A stretch of 34,255 bases of DNA, from positions 1 to 34,255 of IMG/VR virus record IMGVR_UViG_3300043391_000745; one strand, given 5' to 3'. Shown here piece by piece: positions 14,532 through 25,084 of the stretch. Position numbers and translations under genes: made by a program. The notes beneath the pieces are model-generated. The model was given only the letters and a program-made list of their open reading frames with translations. It was not told the origin of the DNA and did no database searches. The DNA is from a virus. Taxonomy: Duplodnaviria; Caudoviricetes. Each line of letters begins with the position of its first letter. Positions within the stretch are counted from its first letter, which is position 1.

Positions 14532-16372
14532 TTGAATGTCCACAAAAATATTTAAAAGAGATAAAAGATGTCAACGCTGAATTAGCGGAACTAAAAGGTT
14601 TCCTTAATGATAAAGAAGCTAAGATTAGTTTAGCAAAATTTTTAAGAGCTAATATAGGATTTACAACCGAATTAATAAGCGGAGTCAAACTTGCACCTTA
14701 TCAAGAACTGCATGTTAAAGCATTCTTTAATCGTAATTTTAATATGTGCGTTTTTGGTCGTGGCTGCGGAAAAAGTTTTATGGCAGCAGTATTTTGTTTT
14801 CTTCAGTGCGTATTCGAACCAAACACAAAGATTCTAATCGCAGGTCCAACTTTTAGAACAGCTCGATTTATTTTTAATAATCTAGAAAAAATAGTCAACA
14901 GTCCAGGGGCAGATTTATTATCTCAGTGTTTTGGAGCAAAAGCGAAAAGAAACGACCAATTTGAATGGCAAATAAATGGTGGGAGCATAGTTGCAATTCC
15001 ATTGAATGGTGAAAAAATTCGAGGATTTCGTGCGAACATCCTTGTTCTTGACGAATTTCTTTTGCTTCCAGAAGAAATTATTAAAAATGTATTAATGCCA
15101 TTCTTAGTTGCTCCACAAAACATTAAAGAAAGAATGGAGATTAGAGAATTTGAAGATAAATTAATTGCAGAAGGAAATATGAAAGAAGAGGATCGAATGG
15201 TTTTTGAAAATACAAGTAAAATGTTAGCTTTTTCATCTGCAAGTTACACCTTCGAAAATCTTTATAAAACTTATAATGAATGGTCAGAGAAAATTGTATC
15301 AAAAGACAAAGGAGAAGCCACGTACTTTGTAAGTCAAATGAGCTATGAAGCTCTTCCAGAAGAAATGATAGATAAAACAATTATCGAAGAAGCCCAAAAT
15401 GGCGGAGCAAGTCATAGTAGTTTCCTTAGAGAGTATTGCGCTAGATTTACAGATGGTAGCGATAGTTATTTTAATGCAAAAAAAATGGAAGATTGTACCT
15501 TAAAAATAGGTGAAAAACCCCATACATTAATGAAAGGCGACAAGGATAAAAAATATATACTTGGTATTGATCCTAATATGAGCGATAGTCCAAATGCAGA
15601 TTATTTCGCCATGGCAATAATAGAAATTGACAATGAAACGCAACACGGAACGCTTGTGCATACTTACGCTGGATTAGGAAATTTAAAGAATCACGTTAAT
15701 TATTTATATTATATATTAACAAATTTTAATATTCATCTAATTACTCTTGATAACGCTGGCGCAGATGTTTTTCTTGCTGCTTGCAATGAATCAGAGATAT
15801 TTAAAAAAGAAAAACTAGAAATAAAAATATTCGAATTTGATAGCGAAGTAGATGGGAACGATTACAATTTAATGGTTAAAAATGCTAGAAGAAAATATAA
15901 TCTAGAAGATAAAAGAATAGCTTTTAATCAAGTTTTCACTAATACTTTTATAAGAAAAGCCAATGAATATCTACAGGCTTGCATAGATTATAAAAAAATA
16001 TGGTTTGCTAGTAAGACTTGTGGCAATGATGATTTTTTTAACGAGCAATTTAATTCCAATATTAATATAGATTTAATTAAATCCCAAGATAAAAAAGAAT
16101 GGTCTATGCTCGATTTTATAGAAAATCAAGACGATTTCATTTATCAGACCAAAAAACAATGCACTCTTATAGAACATTCATCTACTGCTAGAGGTACGCA
16201 ATCTTTTGATTTACCACAACATTTAAAAAGAAGCTCTTCTGCTAATAAAGCTAGAAAAGATAATTATTCAGCACTTTTATTAGCAAATTGGGGTTTAAAG
16301 TGCTATAATGACATGATGAACCAGCCAAAAGAAGATATATCCACTGGATTTCAACCTATAATGATTAAATAA
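14528..16372 (+). CDS. terL: terminase large subunit
   Basis: LAPYQ adenine motif, Walker A GRGCGKS, IRGFRA, Walker B LVLDE, coupling motif FSSA, RNase H-like LGIDP and C-terminal KDNYSAL. Confidence 0.9.
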   Translation: MIECPQKYLKEIKDVNAELAELKGFLNDKEAKISLAKFLRANIGFTTELISGVKLAPYQELHVKAFFNRNFNMCVFGRGCGKSFMAAVFCFLQCVFEPNTKILIAGPTFRTARFIFNNLEKIVNSPGADLLSQCFGAKAKRNDQFEWQINGGSIVAIPLNGEKIRGFRANILVLDEFLLLPEEIIKNVLMPFLVAPQNIKERMEIREFEDKLIAEGNMKEEDRMVFENTSKMLAFSSASYTFENLYKTYNEWSEKIVSKDKGEATYFVSQMSYEALPEEMIDKTIIEEAQNGGASHSSFLREYCARFTDGSDSYFNAKKMEDCTLKIGEKPHTLMKGDKDKKYILGIDPNMSDSPNADYFAMAIIEIDNETQHGTLVHTYAGLGNLKNHVNYLYYILTNFNIHLITLDNAGADVFLAACNESEIFKKEKLEIKIFEFDSEVDGNDYNLMVKNARRKYNLEDKRIAFNQVFTNTFIRKANEYLQACIDYKKIWFASKTCGNDDFFNEQFNSNINIDLIKSQDKKEWSMLDFIENQDDFIYQTKKQCTLIEHSSTARGTQSFDLPQHLKRSSSANKARKDNYSALLLANWGLKCYNDMMNQPKEDISTGFQPIMIK

Positions 16373-16391
16373 GTGTAATTTTAAAGTAAAA

Positions 16392-18269
16392 ATGAGCAAA
16401 AATAACAAAAAAAATACGGAATCCATACCTTTAATGGCATATGGTTCAGAGAAACAACTCACAGCTTCAGAAATCAGAGGCTCTTCTACTTCGACTAGAA
16501 GAAACGTCGCTGGAAATATAGAAAGAACAGATAGATTCGCAAATATAGATAAAGGAATTATACCTTTTAGATATTCAAATTACGCAAATAACTTATCCAC
16601 ATTAGATGTTAGAGACGCAGTAATATTATGTCAAAAAGCATACTATAATGTAGCAATTTTTAGAAATACTATAGATTTAATGACAGAGTTTTCTAGCAGT
16701 AAAGTTTATTTAACTGGAGGAAGTCAAAAAGCTAAAGAATTTTTTCAAGCATATTTCAAAAAAATTAATCTATCTAGTTTTCAAGATCAATTTTTTCGTG
16801 AATACTATAGAAGTGGTAATGTTTTTATTTATAAATTTGACGCAGCAGTTACAGATGATCAACTTAAAAAAATTACTCAAACATTTGGAGTCAGTAAATT
16901 GTTATCAGATGCTTCAGTTAAACTACCAGTTAGATATACAATTTTAAATCCTTCAGATATTTATGCTGGCGGCGCAATTAACTTTAATTCAAGAAGATTT
17001 TATAAAATACTTACAGATTACGAATTAGAAAGACTTCGTAAACCTAAAACAGAAGAAGATCTCGAAGTATTAGATACCTTAGACCAAGAAACTAAGAAAA
17101 AAATAGAGAATAAATATAATGGTGCAGTTTTTATAAATTTAGATCCAGATAAAATGGTGGCAGTTTTTTATAAAAAACAAGATTACGAACCTTTAGCAAT
17201 ACCAATGGGGTTTCCAGTTTTAGATGACATTAATTGGAAACTTGAAATGAAAAAAATGGATATGGCTGTCACAAGAACTACGCAACAAGCAATTTTATTG
17301 GTCACTATGGGGGCAGAACCAGATAAAGGTGGAATTAATCAAAAAAATTTAGAAGCCATGCAAAAACTTTTCGAAAACCAAAGCGTTGGAAGAGTTCTTA
17401 TTGCAGATTATACTACTAAAGCTGAATTTGTAATTCCAGATATTGCAGCTTTAATTGGTCCAGAAAAATATCAAGTTGTAGATAGAGATATTCAAATAGG
17501 ATTAAATAATATTTTAATTGGAGATGAAAAATTTGCTAATCAAAGTATAAAAGTTCAAGTCTTTATTGAAAGATTAGAGCAAGCTAGACAGCATTTTATA
17601 AATGAATTTTTATTACCAGAAATTAGAAGAATTAGTAAAGATTTAGGTTTTAAAAATTTTCCAACACCTCAATTTGAACAAATTGATCTAAAAGACAACG
17701 TGCAATATGCCAGAATCTTTAATAGATTAATTGAATTAGGAGTGCTAACTGCAGAAGAAGGAATTAAAGCTATAGAGACAGGAAGATTACCAGATGAAGA
17801 AGAATCTAAATTGGCTCAAGAAAAATTCAAGCAATTAAGAGACCAAGGATATTATCAACCATTAATTGGTGGAGCACAGCAAGGAGCAGGAAGACCAGAT
17901 GGATCTACAGGAAGTCCTCAATCAACTAAAAATGTTAAACCGATTGGTACATCTAGAGCTTTTTCTGTTTTAAAAATTAAAGAAAATATCTTAGCCGTGC
18001 AAGATCTTGAAGAAGAAGTAAAATCTGCCGTAAGGAAAAAATTTAATGTTAAAAAATTAAGCAATCAACAAAAAGATCTAGCTGAAAAAATATCAGAAAT
18101 TATTGTAGCAAATGAATCTCCTACGGATTGGAAGTCTTGCATAGGAAATTACATAGATGATCCAAAAGATAAAAATCAAAAACAAATTAATGAAATTAAT
18201 GAAATTGGCGCAGAGCATCAGGTTAATTCATATCTAGCAAGTATTCTTTATCATAGTTCTACAGTGTAA
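16392..18269 (+). CDS. portal protein
   Basis: 625 aa immediately after TerL; AYYNVAIFRNTIDLM, FREYYRSGNVFIY, C-terminal GRP. Confidence 0.75.
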   Translation: MSKNNKKNTESIPLMAYGSEKQLTASEIRGSSTSTRRNVAGNIERTDRFANIDKGIIPFRYSNYANNLSTLDVRDAVILCQKAYYNVAIFRNTIDLMTEFSSSKVYLTGGSQKAKEFFQAYFKKINLSSFQDQFFREYYRSGNVFIYKFDAAVTDDQLKKITQTFGVSKLLSDASVKLPVRYTILNPSDIYAGGAINFNSRRFYKILTDYELERLRKPKTEEDLEVLDTLDQETKKKIENKYNGAVFINLDPDKMVAVFYKKQDYEPLAIPMGFPVLDDINWKLEMKKMDMAVTRTTQQAILLVTMGAEPDKGGINQKNLEAMQKLFENQSVGRVLIADYTTKAEFVIPDIAALIGPEKYQVVDRDIQIGLNNILIGDEKFANQSIKVQVFIERLEQARQHFINEFLLPEIRRISKDLGFKNFPTPQFEQIDLKDNVQYARIFNRLIELGVLTAEEGIKAIETGRLPDEEESKLAQEKFKQLRDQGYYQPLIGGAQQGAGRPDGSTGSPQSTKNVKPIGTSRAFSVLKIKENILAVQDLEEEVKSAVRKKFNVKKLSNQQKDLAEKISEIIVANESPTDWKSCIGNYIDDPKDKNQKQINEINEIGAEHQVNSYLASILYHSSTV

Positions 18270-18289
18270 TCTCTCTTGAGGTTTAAGGT

Positions 18290-19573
18290 ATGCCAATAAG
18301 AAGTAGAACATTATATAATGTACAAGGTTTATTTGTGGTTCCATTTTCTGGAAATTCTAAAAAACCATATTTAGATAACTATAAAATATTACGACCAATT
18401 ATAAATTTACAAAATATAGACTATTCTATTCGTCAACCATCTATTAATTTAATAAGTTTTGGAAATAAAAAAAGCGTTTTTAGAGGAAGCAGTGCTCCAC
18501 CAGAAGTAACATTTCAATTTACTTATTTATCCGATGGAGTAACTAACGAAAGAAGGCTTGATTTTAATGCTTATACATTTTCTGATTCTCCAAATGTTTC
18601 TATGCAAAATAATGCTTTTACAGATTTAGATGCGTCTAGCTTTAAAGATAAAAAAGATTTTTATCTAATAGTAAACAAATCTGAAGAAGATATTTATAAA
18701 AAAAATTCAATTTTAAATGATGAATTTTACTATCCATCAGGGATTAATAATATTATAGATGAAAAATCAATAAATTATGGTTTATTGCATTTTCAAAATG
18801 CTTATTTATCAAGATATAATTTTTCTTTATCTCCTACATCGATAGGGGTAGTCTCTCAAGAATATTCTGCAGAAAATATAACTTTTTATTCTAGTGGCAG
18901 TGGAATAAATTATACTAATTTGAATTTAAAATCTGGTACAACAGAAATTCAACCAGATAAAATTATAGTACCAAGATCTGTTTCTGGTTTAAGCGGAAAA
19001 AGTTTTCTATTTAGTAAAGATGCTGCGGTATCTTTTTCTAAAAACATAAATAGTGGAATTTTATTTGAGACCGATATGATTACCAGTTTAAATTTTGGAT
19101 TAGAATTTGAAAGAGAACAAACCTCATCAATCAATTACAGACTGCCAATTTCAAGGAATTTAAAATATCCTATAAAGGGGAATTTTAATGTTTCATTTAA
19201 TGTTACTGGAGAATTTACTGGATCATTTTTTGATACATTAAGTCAAAATATTGATTATACTATTTTAGTAAATTTTAATTCAGATCTAGGTAATAATTAT
19301 AAAACTCAATTTTTATTTAGTGGTTGCAGATTTAATAACATTAATTATAATAATAATATTAAAGACAATTTTAAAAATGCAACATTAAATTTTGATTTTG
19401 AACAAGATTTTGGTAATAATTTTAGAGGATTATTTTGGAGCGGTAATTCCGAATGGGGTACGGATCAAGGAAATGTCCAAGGGTCAGAGCAAGAACTGAC
19501 TTTTGAACTTTTAGGTACAGAATCTGGTATAGATCATGATCTTTATTGGGTTAATACCTATATATTAGATTAA
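18290..19573 (+). CDS. putative virion structural protein (beta-rich, possibly tail-tube-like)
   Basis: 427-aa ORF in the structural region, beta-strand pattern, GTGTAA upstream; function inferred. Confidence 0.4.
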   Translation: MPIRSRTLYNVQGLFVVPFSGNSKKPYLDNYKILRPIINLQNIDYSIRQPSINLISFGNKKSVFRGSSAPPEVTFQFTYLSDGVTNERRLDFNAYTFSDSPNVSMQNNAFTDLDASSFKDKKDFYLIVNKSEEDIYKKNSILNDEFYYPSGINNIIDEKSINYGLLHFQNAYLSRYNFSLSPTSIGVVSQEYSAENITFYSSGSGINYTNLNLKSGTTEIQPDKIIVPRSVSGLSGKSFLFSKDAAVSFSKNINSGILFETDMITSLNFGLEFEREQTSSINYRLPISRNLKYPIKGNFNVSFNVTGEFTGSFFDTLSQNIDYTILVNFNSDLGNNYKTQFLFSGCRFNNINYNNNIKDNFKNATLNFDFEQDFGNNFRGLFWSGNSEWGTDQGNVQGSEQELTFELLGTESGIDHDLYWVNTYILD

Positions 19574-19593
19574 GTATACGTGTAAAATATTAT

Positions 19594-20571
19594 ATGGCAA
19601 ATAAAAATGTAAATACTTTCCAAACAACAGGGTTCATAGATTTAAATACATCTGCTTCATTATTGGGCGTTGTAAATGGTGAGTTAAAAAGATTAAATGC
19701 AGGTAGCATTTCAATGTTAAATCTTACTGCAAGAACTGGAACTTTTTCTAATGGTTCAGTATCAGCAGTACCATTATTAAATAATCCCTTATCAGTAGTT
19801 GGTAGCGGAAATAGCTATATGCAACTTAACATTCAAAATCGCTCAAGCGGAACATTTGCTAGTGCAGATCTAGTTATAACAGCTAATAATGGAACAGATA
19901 ACGCTAATTATATTAACCTTGGCATAAATAATAGCGGATATAATGATCCAGCGTTTACTAATGGAACTGGTCTGGATGGATACTTATTTATAGATGGTGG
20001 AAATTTGGATATTGGAACAAGAACAGCTGGAAAAAGTATAGAATTTCACGCTGGAGGAACTACAGCTATAAGCACAATAGCAAGAATAAGTGAATCTGGA
20101 ATGAATATGGTAAGTGGAACATATAGAGTTAATAATGTGCCATATAATACTTTTACAATTCAATTAACTCATTCAGCGGATGGTTATAGAACTGGTTTTA
20201 ACTATTTTGCAATAAATGATCTTGGATATAGTCAGGCCGCAGCAGGTTTAAGAAGAAGAGTTCCGATTGCTGAAACTTGCCAAATTAGAAAAGCATCATG
20301 GACCCATTTCATTGGCGTAACAGGTACTCCAGCAAATACTCCTTCAACTGGATATATTATTAATACTTCAACGGTTCCGCCTCAAACAGGAATAGTAATG
20401 ACAAATTTAGATAGTTCAAGTGAAACTACACCATCTATTTATATAACAAATTTCGCTAGTCCAATTAATATAACATCTGGAGATTTAGTTGTAGCGGCTT
20501 TATATGCTAGCGGGTATACAACTTATCCTAATTTAGTAAGAGATACTATCACATTATATTGCTCTAATTAA
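19594..20571 (+). CDS. putative fibre/adhesin protein
   Basis: G/T/N/S-rich; C-terminal ~145 aa homologous to the C-terminus of 31937..34231. Confidence 0.6.
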   Translation: MANKNVNTFQTTGFIDLNTSASLLGVVNGELKRLNAGSISMLNLTARTGTFSNGSVSAVPLLNNPLSVVGSGNSYMQLNIQNRSSGTFASADLVITANNGTDNANYINLGINNSGYNDPAFTNGTGLDGYLFIDGGNLDIGTRTAGKSIEFHAGGTTAISTIARISESGMNMVSGTYRVNNVPYNTFTIQLTHSADGYRTGFNYFAINDLGYSQAAAGLRRRVPIAETCQIRKASWTHFIGVTGTPANTPSTGYIINTSTVPPQTGIVMTNLDSSSETTPSIYITNFASPINITSGDLVVAALYASGYTTYPNLVRDTITLYCSN

Positions 20572-20618
20572 TATTAGATTTTAAAAATATATAGTATTAT
20601 AATATAGTGTAATATATT

Positions 20619-20909
20619 ATGAAGACTATGCTATCTAAAATATTTGGCACTAATTGGAGATCTAGCTCATCTGGAATAGCCACAGTTGTAGCAGTTACCA
20701 CAGCAATAGCAATTCATAGCGATCCAACTTTAGTAGCTTTTCTTCCTGATAATGCGGAAGTTTATATTACAGGAATTTCAAAATTAGTTGCAGTTGTCAG
20801 TGGAATTATTTTTGCATTAACAGTAAAAGATTCAGTAGTTACTGGTGGGACAGTAGCTTCTACAGTTGAAGCAGAAGAAAGAGTACATTCACATGGAGAA
20901 AATATATGA
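20619..20909 (+). CDS. putative holin
   Basis: 96 aa, two hydrophobic segments (NWRSS..GIATVVAV; LVAVVSGIIFALTVKD), at the start of the lysis cluster. Confidence 0.5.
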   Translation: MKTMLSKIFGTNWRSSSSGIATVVAVTTAIAIHSDPTLVAFLPDNAEVYITGISKLVAVVSGIIFALTVKDSVVTGGTVASTVEAEERVHSHGENI

Positions 20910-21442
20910 ATAAATTACAATTAGGTACTGTTGCTCTTTTGAGCGTATTTCTTGGCGCTTGCGCTACAACACAAACTGGAAAAGTTGATGTTGAAACAAG
21001 TGTTTCAAATGTACTTCCTTATGTCAAACCAGCAGTTATTCTCGCATGCACGGTAGTTCTTGATCAAGCTGTTTCACCTGAAGATAGAATTGAAAAGGCT
21101 AAAATGATTAACCATGTAGCAACTATCGTAGAAGGATTAACTGTTGGAACTGCTCCAACTCCAGATCAACTTAAAAAAGCGTTAACAGATTATCTTCCAG
21201 AAGAAAAAACTCATTGGGTTAATTACGTTAATGTTATTAAAGACATTTATGCCCAACAATTTTCACGAATCGATGGAAATACAGCTTTAGCGATTAAAAT
21301 TTTAAATGCTATCGCTTCTGGATGCAAAGATGCTACTTCAAATTACGTTACGAATGGTCCAAGACCAAGACCAACAAATTCCGTAGCGTATTTTAATGGA
21401 CCGAGAGTTACAAATTGTTTAATAGCTTATAATTTTAAATAA
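20906..21442 (+). CDS. lipoprotein
   Basis: Signal peptide II with lipobox LGAC. Confidence 0.75.
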   Translation: MNKLQLGTVALLSVFLGACATTQTGKVDVETSVSNVLPYVKPAVILACTVVLDQAVSPEDRIEKAKMINHVATIVEGLTVGTAPTPDQLKKALTDYLPEEKTHWVNYVNVIKDIYAQQFSRIDGNTALAIKILNAIASGCKDATSNYVTNGPRPRPTNSVAYFNGPRVTNCLIAYNFK

Positions 21443-21443
21443 A

Positions 21444-21644
21444 ATGCCAACTGGAATAATCCAAGCTTTATTTTCTGCTATATCTGGAATATTCTCAGCA
21501 ATAAATAATGTATTTGGCGCAAAGAATACAAAAGAAATGAAAGAGCGTCAAGAAGCGCAAAAAGAAGTTAATTATCAAAGTGAAATAGAAAAAGAAGTGC
21601 AGGAGAAAAATCTTGAAGAAGTTCGTAAGCGTATTAGTTCTTAA
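21444..21644 (+). CDS. putative i-spanin-like protein
   Basis: Hydrophobic/amphipathic N-terminus then charged coiled-coil; overlaps a downstream lipoprotein gene. Confidence 0.45.
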   Translation: MPTGIIQALFSAISGIFSAINNVFGAKNTKEMKERQEAQKEVNYQSEIEKEVQEKNLEEVRKRISS

Positions 21645-22029
21645 TTCTTTTTTAATTGGTTGTGCGACAGTAACACCAGATAAAATACAAGATGAAAAAT
21701 CTTCGTATGACGGAAGTACTCCTAAACAATATGATAAAGATAATGGTGGATTAATTTCTTTTATTGGAGACGAAGCGGTTATTACAAATCAAGCCAGAGA
21801 GCGTTACAATAATTTAATTGGAATGTATAGAATCAAATTCAAAAAAGAAAAAGCAATAGATCTAAAAGAAGATTCTGGTATTAAAATTTATAAAGATAAT
21901 TTTGGAAATAATCTTTATCTAATCGATAGTGAACATCTTGTTTATTTTGGAGTTCTTAATAGTTGGTTAAAAGAAAAAGTATCTCAAGATAATATACTAG
22001 ACAAGACCATAGATAAAATAAATAACTAA
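21613..22029 (+). CDS. lipoprotein, putative o-spanin-like
   Basis: TTG start with AGGAG SD, lipobox LIGC, overlapping the upstream gene. Confidence 0.6.
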   Translation: MKKFVSVLVLNSFLIGCATVTPDKIQDEKSSYDGSTPKQYDKDNGGLISFIGDEAVITNQARERYNNLIGMYRIKFKKEKAIDLKEDSGIKIYKDNFGNNLYLIDSEHLVYFGVLNSWLKEKVSQDNILDKTIDKINN

Positions 22030-22036
22030 AAATAAA

Positions 22037-24253
22037 ATGCCCTCCACATTCTTTTTTAGTGATGGTTCAACAATTACGAGTTCTAATACAACTATTACTA
22101 GCTCTAGCTATAATAATCAAAAAAGTACATTAATTAGTGCTAACATCGGAAATGAAGCGACAGTAATTGGCAATGCTGCGTTTAGTAGTTGCACTAATTT
22201 AACAACAATAACACTTCCTAATGGACTAGGACTTATTGATTCGAGTGCTTTTTACCAGTGCACTAGTTTAAATGGCATAATTATTCCTAATAACGTTACT
22301 ATCATTAGGGGTAGTGCATTTTACGGGTGCACTAGTCTATCTACTTTGATTCTAGGCAGCAGAGTAAGTATTATTGAAAATTTTGTATTTGAAAATTGCA
22401 GTAGCTTAATTACTCTTACGATTCCAGCTAGCGTCACAAGTATTGGATCTGTAGCATTTGGAAATTGTAGTAATTTAACTACTCTGGTTATTAGCGATGG
22501 CGGTAATTTGGTCCTTTCAACATTAGTTTTTAGATATTGTACTAGTTTAACGAATATCACTATTGGTAATAGTTTAAAGATTCTATCAAACGGAACATTT
22601 CTTGGTTGCAGTAGTCTAAATACTATAAACATTCCAAACCATGTGACTAGTATTAGCACTCAAGTTTTCCAAGATTGTAGTAATCTAGCTACTGTGACTA
22701 TTGGGACTGGAGTTACTAGCATTGGTGCTTATGCATTTATTCGTTGCACCAGTTTAGTCAACATTAATATTCCTAATGGTGTGACAATTATTAACGATAA
22801 CACTTTTTATGGTTGCACAAGTTTAACCAACGTTACTATTCCTGACAGCGTAACAACTATTCAAATTTTTGCATTTGGTAATTGCTCGAGTTTAATAAAT
22901 ATAAACGTTGGTGCATCAAACGTTAATTTGTCGAGTCAAGACGGTGTACTTTTTAATAAAAATAAAACTACTATTCAAATATATCCTCCAGGAATACCTG
23001 GAAGTTACGTTATACCTAATAGCGTTACAACTATTAAGATTGCTGCATTCGCTAGTGCCAGACTTCTGACAAGTATTACTATTCCAAACAGCGTCAAGTA
23101 TATCGAAGGTAATGCATTTGGTGATTGCACAAGTTTAACCGACGTTATTATTCCCAACAGCGTGATAGGCCTTGGGTATAGTGCATTTCTTGGTTGCACA
23201 AATCTAAAAACAGTTACAGTTTCTTCTAATATTCCAGACATTCAAAATGATACATTTTCTAATTGTACTAGTTTAACTAGAGTTAATTTTCTAGGAAATG
23301 CTCCGTCTGAGGGTCAAGATGGAATCTTTAATAATGATAGCAATGATTTAAAAGTTTATAGATATTCAACAAAATCTGGCTGGAGTAGTACTTTTGGTGG
23401 TAGAACTGTTTTATTAATAGACTCACCTATTGATCAAGGATTACAAACTTTTGGATTTCCAGATACTAATTCTGGAAAAATTTCAATTAAAAAACAAAAT
23501 GCTGGTGGTGGAAAAATATCATTATATAAAGCCCCACCTAAATTTTTATATTTTGGCGTACCATTATTAGTTAGCAATTTACCATCTGACCCCAATCCTA
23601 GTTGTGATTTTTCAGTATTTAATACAACATGGATTTATTTAGGTGCCCCGAGTTTTAGATATAGACCAATAGATAATCTTAGTTATCATATAACTACTCC
23701 GCTAACTCCAGAAGGATATGGAGGAAATGGATCTTATGACATAAGAGGCTCAGATGATGTATTTTTCACAAACAGTTATAATAATAGTGATAAATTTCCA
23801 TCAGACAATTGGCAATTAGCTTATTATCTTATTAATAATTGCTCACAATATACAACTGCTCCAATATTTGTTTTGCCAAATCCTAATGCAGTTATTTTAT
23901 ATGAGTCTGGAACTGGAAATTCTTTAACATACTCTGGAGATGGATTAAGTAGTAGTCATTTTACTGGATATTTACTTGGAGGAGGACAAAACGATGGAAG
24001 CTGGACGGTAACATTTAAAATCAAAAAAGCAGGAGTACTATATTATAGTTTCAATCTAGAATCTGAGGGTGGTTATGATTACGCTTCTTCAAATGTTAAC
24101 GGCAATACTATTTTTGCAGAGCAATCTGGATACGCCCAATCAAATGGAAATATAAATGTAAATATTGATGATATAATAACAATTACTTATTTTAAAGACA
24201 GTAGTGTTTCAACAGGATTCGATGGAATTGGATTTGATTTTTATATTGTATAA
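22037..24253 (+). CDS. BspA/TpLRR-type leucine-rich repeat protein with C-terminal beta domains
   Basis: Many 23-aa repeats of consensus AFxxCxSLTxITIPxSVTxIGxx, plus DGVLFNKNKTTI and FLGNAP caps. Confidence 0.9.
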   Translation: MPSTFFFSDGSTITSSNTTITSSSYNNQKSTLISANIGNEATVIGNAAFSSCTNLTTITLPNGLGLIDSSAFYQCTSLNGIIIPNNVTIIRGSAFYGCTSLSTLILGSRVSIIENFVFENCSSLITLTIPASVTSIGSVAFGNCSNLTTLVISDGGNLVLSTLVFRYCTSLTNITIGNSLKILSNGTFLGCSSLNTINIPNHVTSISTQVFQDCSNLATVTIGTGVTSIGAYAFIRCTSLVNINIPNGVTIINDNTFYGCTSLTNVTIPDSVTTIQIFAFGNCSSLININVGASNVNLSSQDGVLFNKNKTTIQIYPPGIPGSYVIPNSVTTIKIAAFASARLLTSITIPNSVKYIEGNAFGDCTSLTDVIIPNSVIGLGYSAFLGCTNLKTVTVSSNIPDIQNDTFSNCTSLTRVNFLGNAPSEGQDGIFNNDSNDLKVYRYSTKSGWSSTFGGRTVLLIDSPIDQGLQTFGFPDTNSGKISIKKQNAGGGKISLYKAPPKFLYFGVPLLVSNLPSDPNPSCDFSVFNTTWIYLGAPSFRYRPIDNLSYHITTPLTPEGYGGNGSYDIRGSDDVFFTNSYNNSDKFPSDNWQLAYYLINNCSQYTTAPIFVLPNPNAVILYESGTGNSLTYSGDGLSSSHFTGYLLGGGQNDGSWTVTFKIKKAGVLYYSFNLESEGGYDYASSNVNGNTIFAEQSGYAQSNGNINVNIDDIITITYFKDSSVSTGFDGIGFDFYIV

Positions 24254-24258
24254 TTTTT

Positions 24259-24885
24259 ATGCTGTCAAAAAAATCCTTAAATCTTATTCTTGAATTCGAA
24301 GTTGGCGGTGGCGAAAACTATTATAATAAATTTTTAAAAAATCCAGCATGGCCAGGAGAGCAAAGCGGAGTTACAATTGGTATTGGTTATGATTTGGGCT
24401 ATGTTAATAAAAGTGAATTTAGCGAAGATTGGAAAGATCTTCCTAAACAAATTTTCGATAGATTATATAAAGTAGTTGGTATTAAAGGATACAATGCAAA
24501 GAATCTTATTAGAGGATTAAAAGATATAAATATTCCTTGGGAATTATCCTTACAAGTTTTTAATAATAAAACTGTAGTTAAATTTTGGAATTTAACAAAA
24601 CAAACTTTTCCTAATTTTGACAATCTTCCAGAAGACGCAAAGGGCGGATTAGTTAGTCTTGTATTCAACAGGGGAAATGCATTAGAAGGTGATCGTCGCC
24701 GTGAAATGAAGTTAATACGAGATGGCATGAAATTAGTTTCTAGTTTTGATCAAAAAGCTTTAACTTTTATCGCTAACCAAATTAGAAGTATGAAAAGAAT
24801 ATGGATTGGTGGAAGTATAGAAAAGGGCATGAGTAGAAGACGAGATGCAGAAGCTAAAATAATAGAAGAATCATTAAAAGTGTAA
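24259..24885 (+). CDS. endolysin, T4-lysozyme/pesticin C-terminal-like muramidase
   Basis: LILEFEVG, WPGEQSGVTIGIGYDLG, LVSLVFNRG and RRRDAEA motifs. Confidence 0.8.
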   Translation: MLSKKSLNLILEFEVGGGENYYNKFLKNPAWPGEQSGVTIGIGYDLGYVNKSEFSEDWKDLPKQIFDRLYKVVGIKGYNAKNLIRGLKDINIPWELSLQVFNNKTVVKFWNLTKQTFPNFDNLPEDAKGGLVSLVFNRGNALEGDRRREMKLIRDGMKLVSSFDQKALTFIANQIRSMKRIWIGGSIEKGMSRRRDAEAKIIEESLKV

Positions 24886-24893
24886 TACTATTT

Positions 24894-25043
24894 GTGAAAA
24901 AACTAATATTAATATTACCACTATTTTTATTAATAAGCTGCTCAGAACCAAATTTAGATAGTAGAGAATTGCCAACTAAATATCCAGAAACTCCAACAAT
25001 GGGTTCAGCAGATGATGTTACTAAAGAATTATATAAGAAGTAA
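24894..25043 (+). CDS. small lipoprotein (49 aa, not in ORF track)
   Basis: GTG start; MKKLILILPLFLLISC-SEPNLDSRELPTKYPETPTMGSADDVTKELYKK; GTGTAA 8 nt upstream. Confidence 0.7.
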   Translation: MKKLILILPLFLLISCSEPNLDSRELPTKYPETPTMGSADDVTKELYKK

Positions 25044-25084
25044 TTTTAATTAAATAAAATGCTTTATAAGTGTATAATATATAA

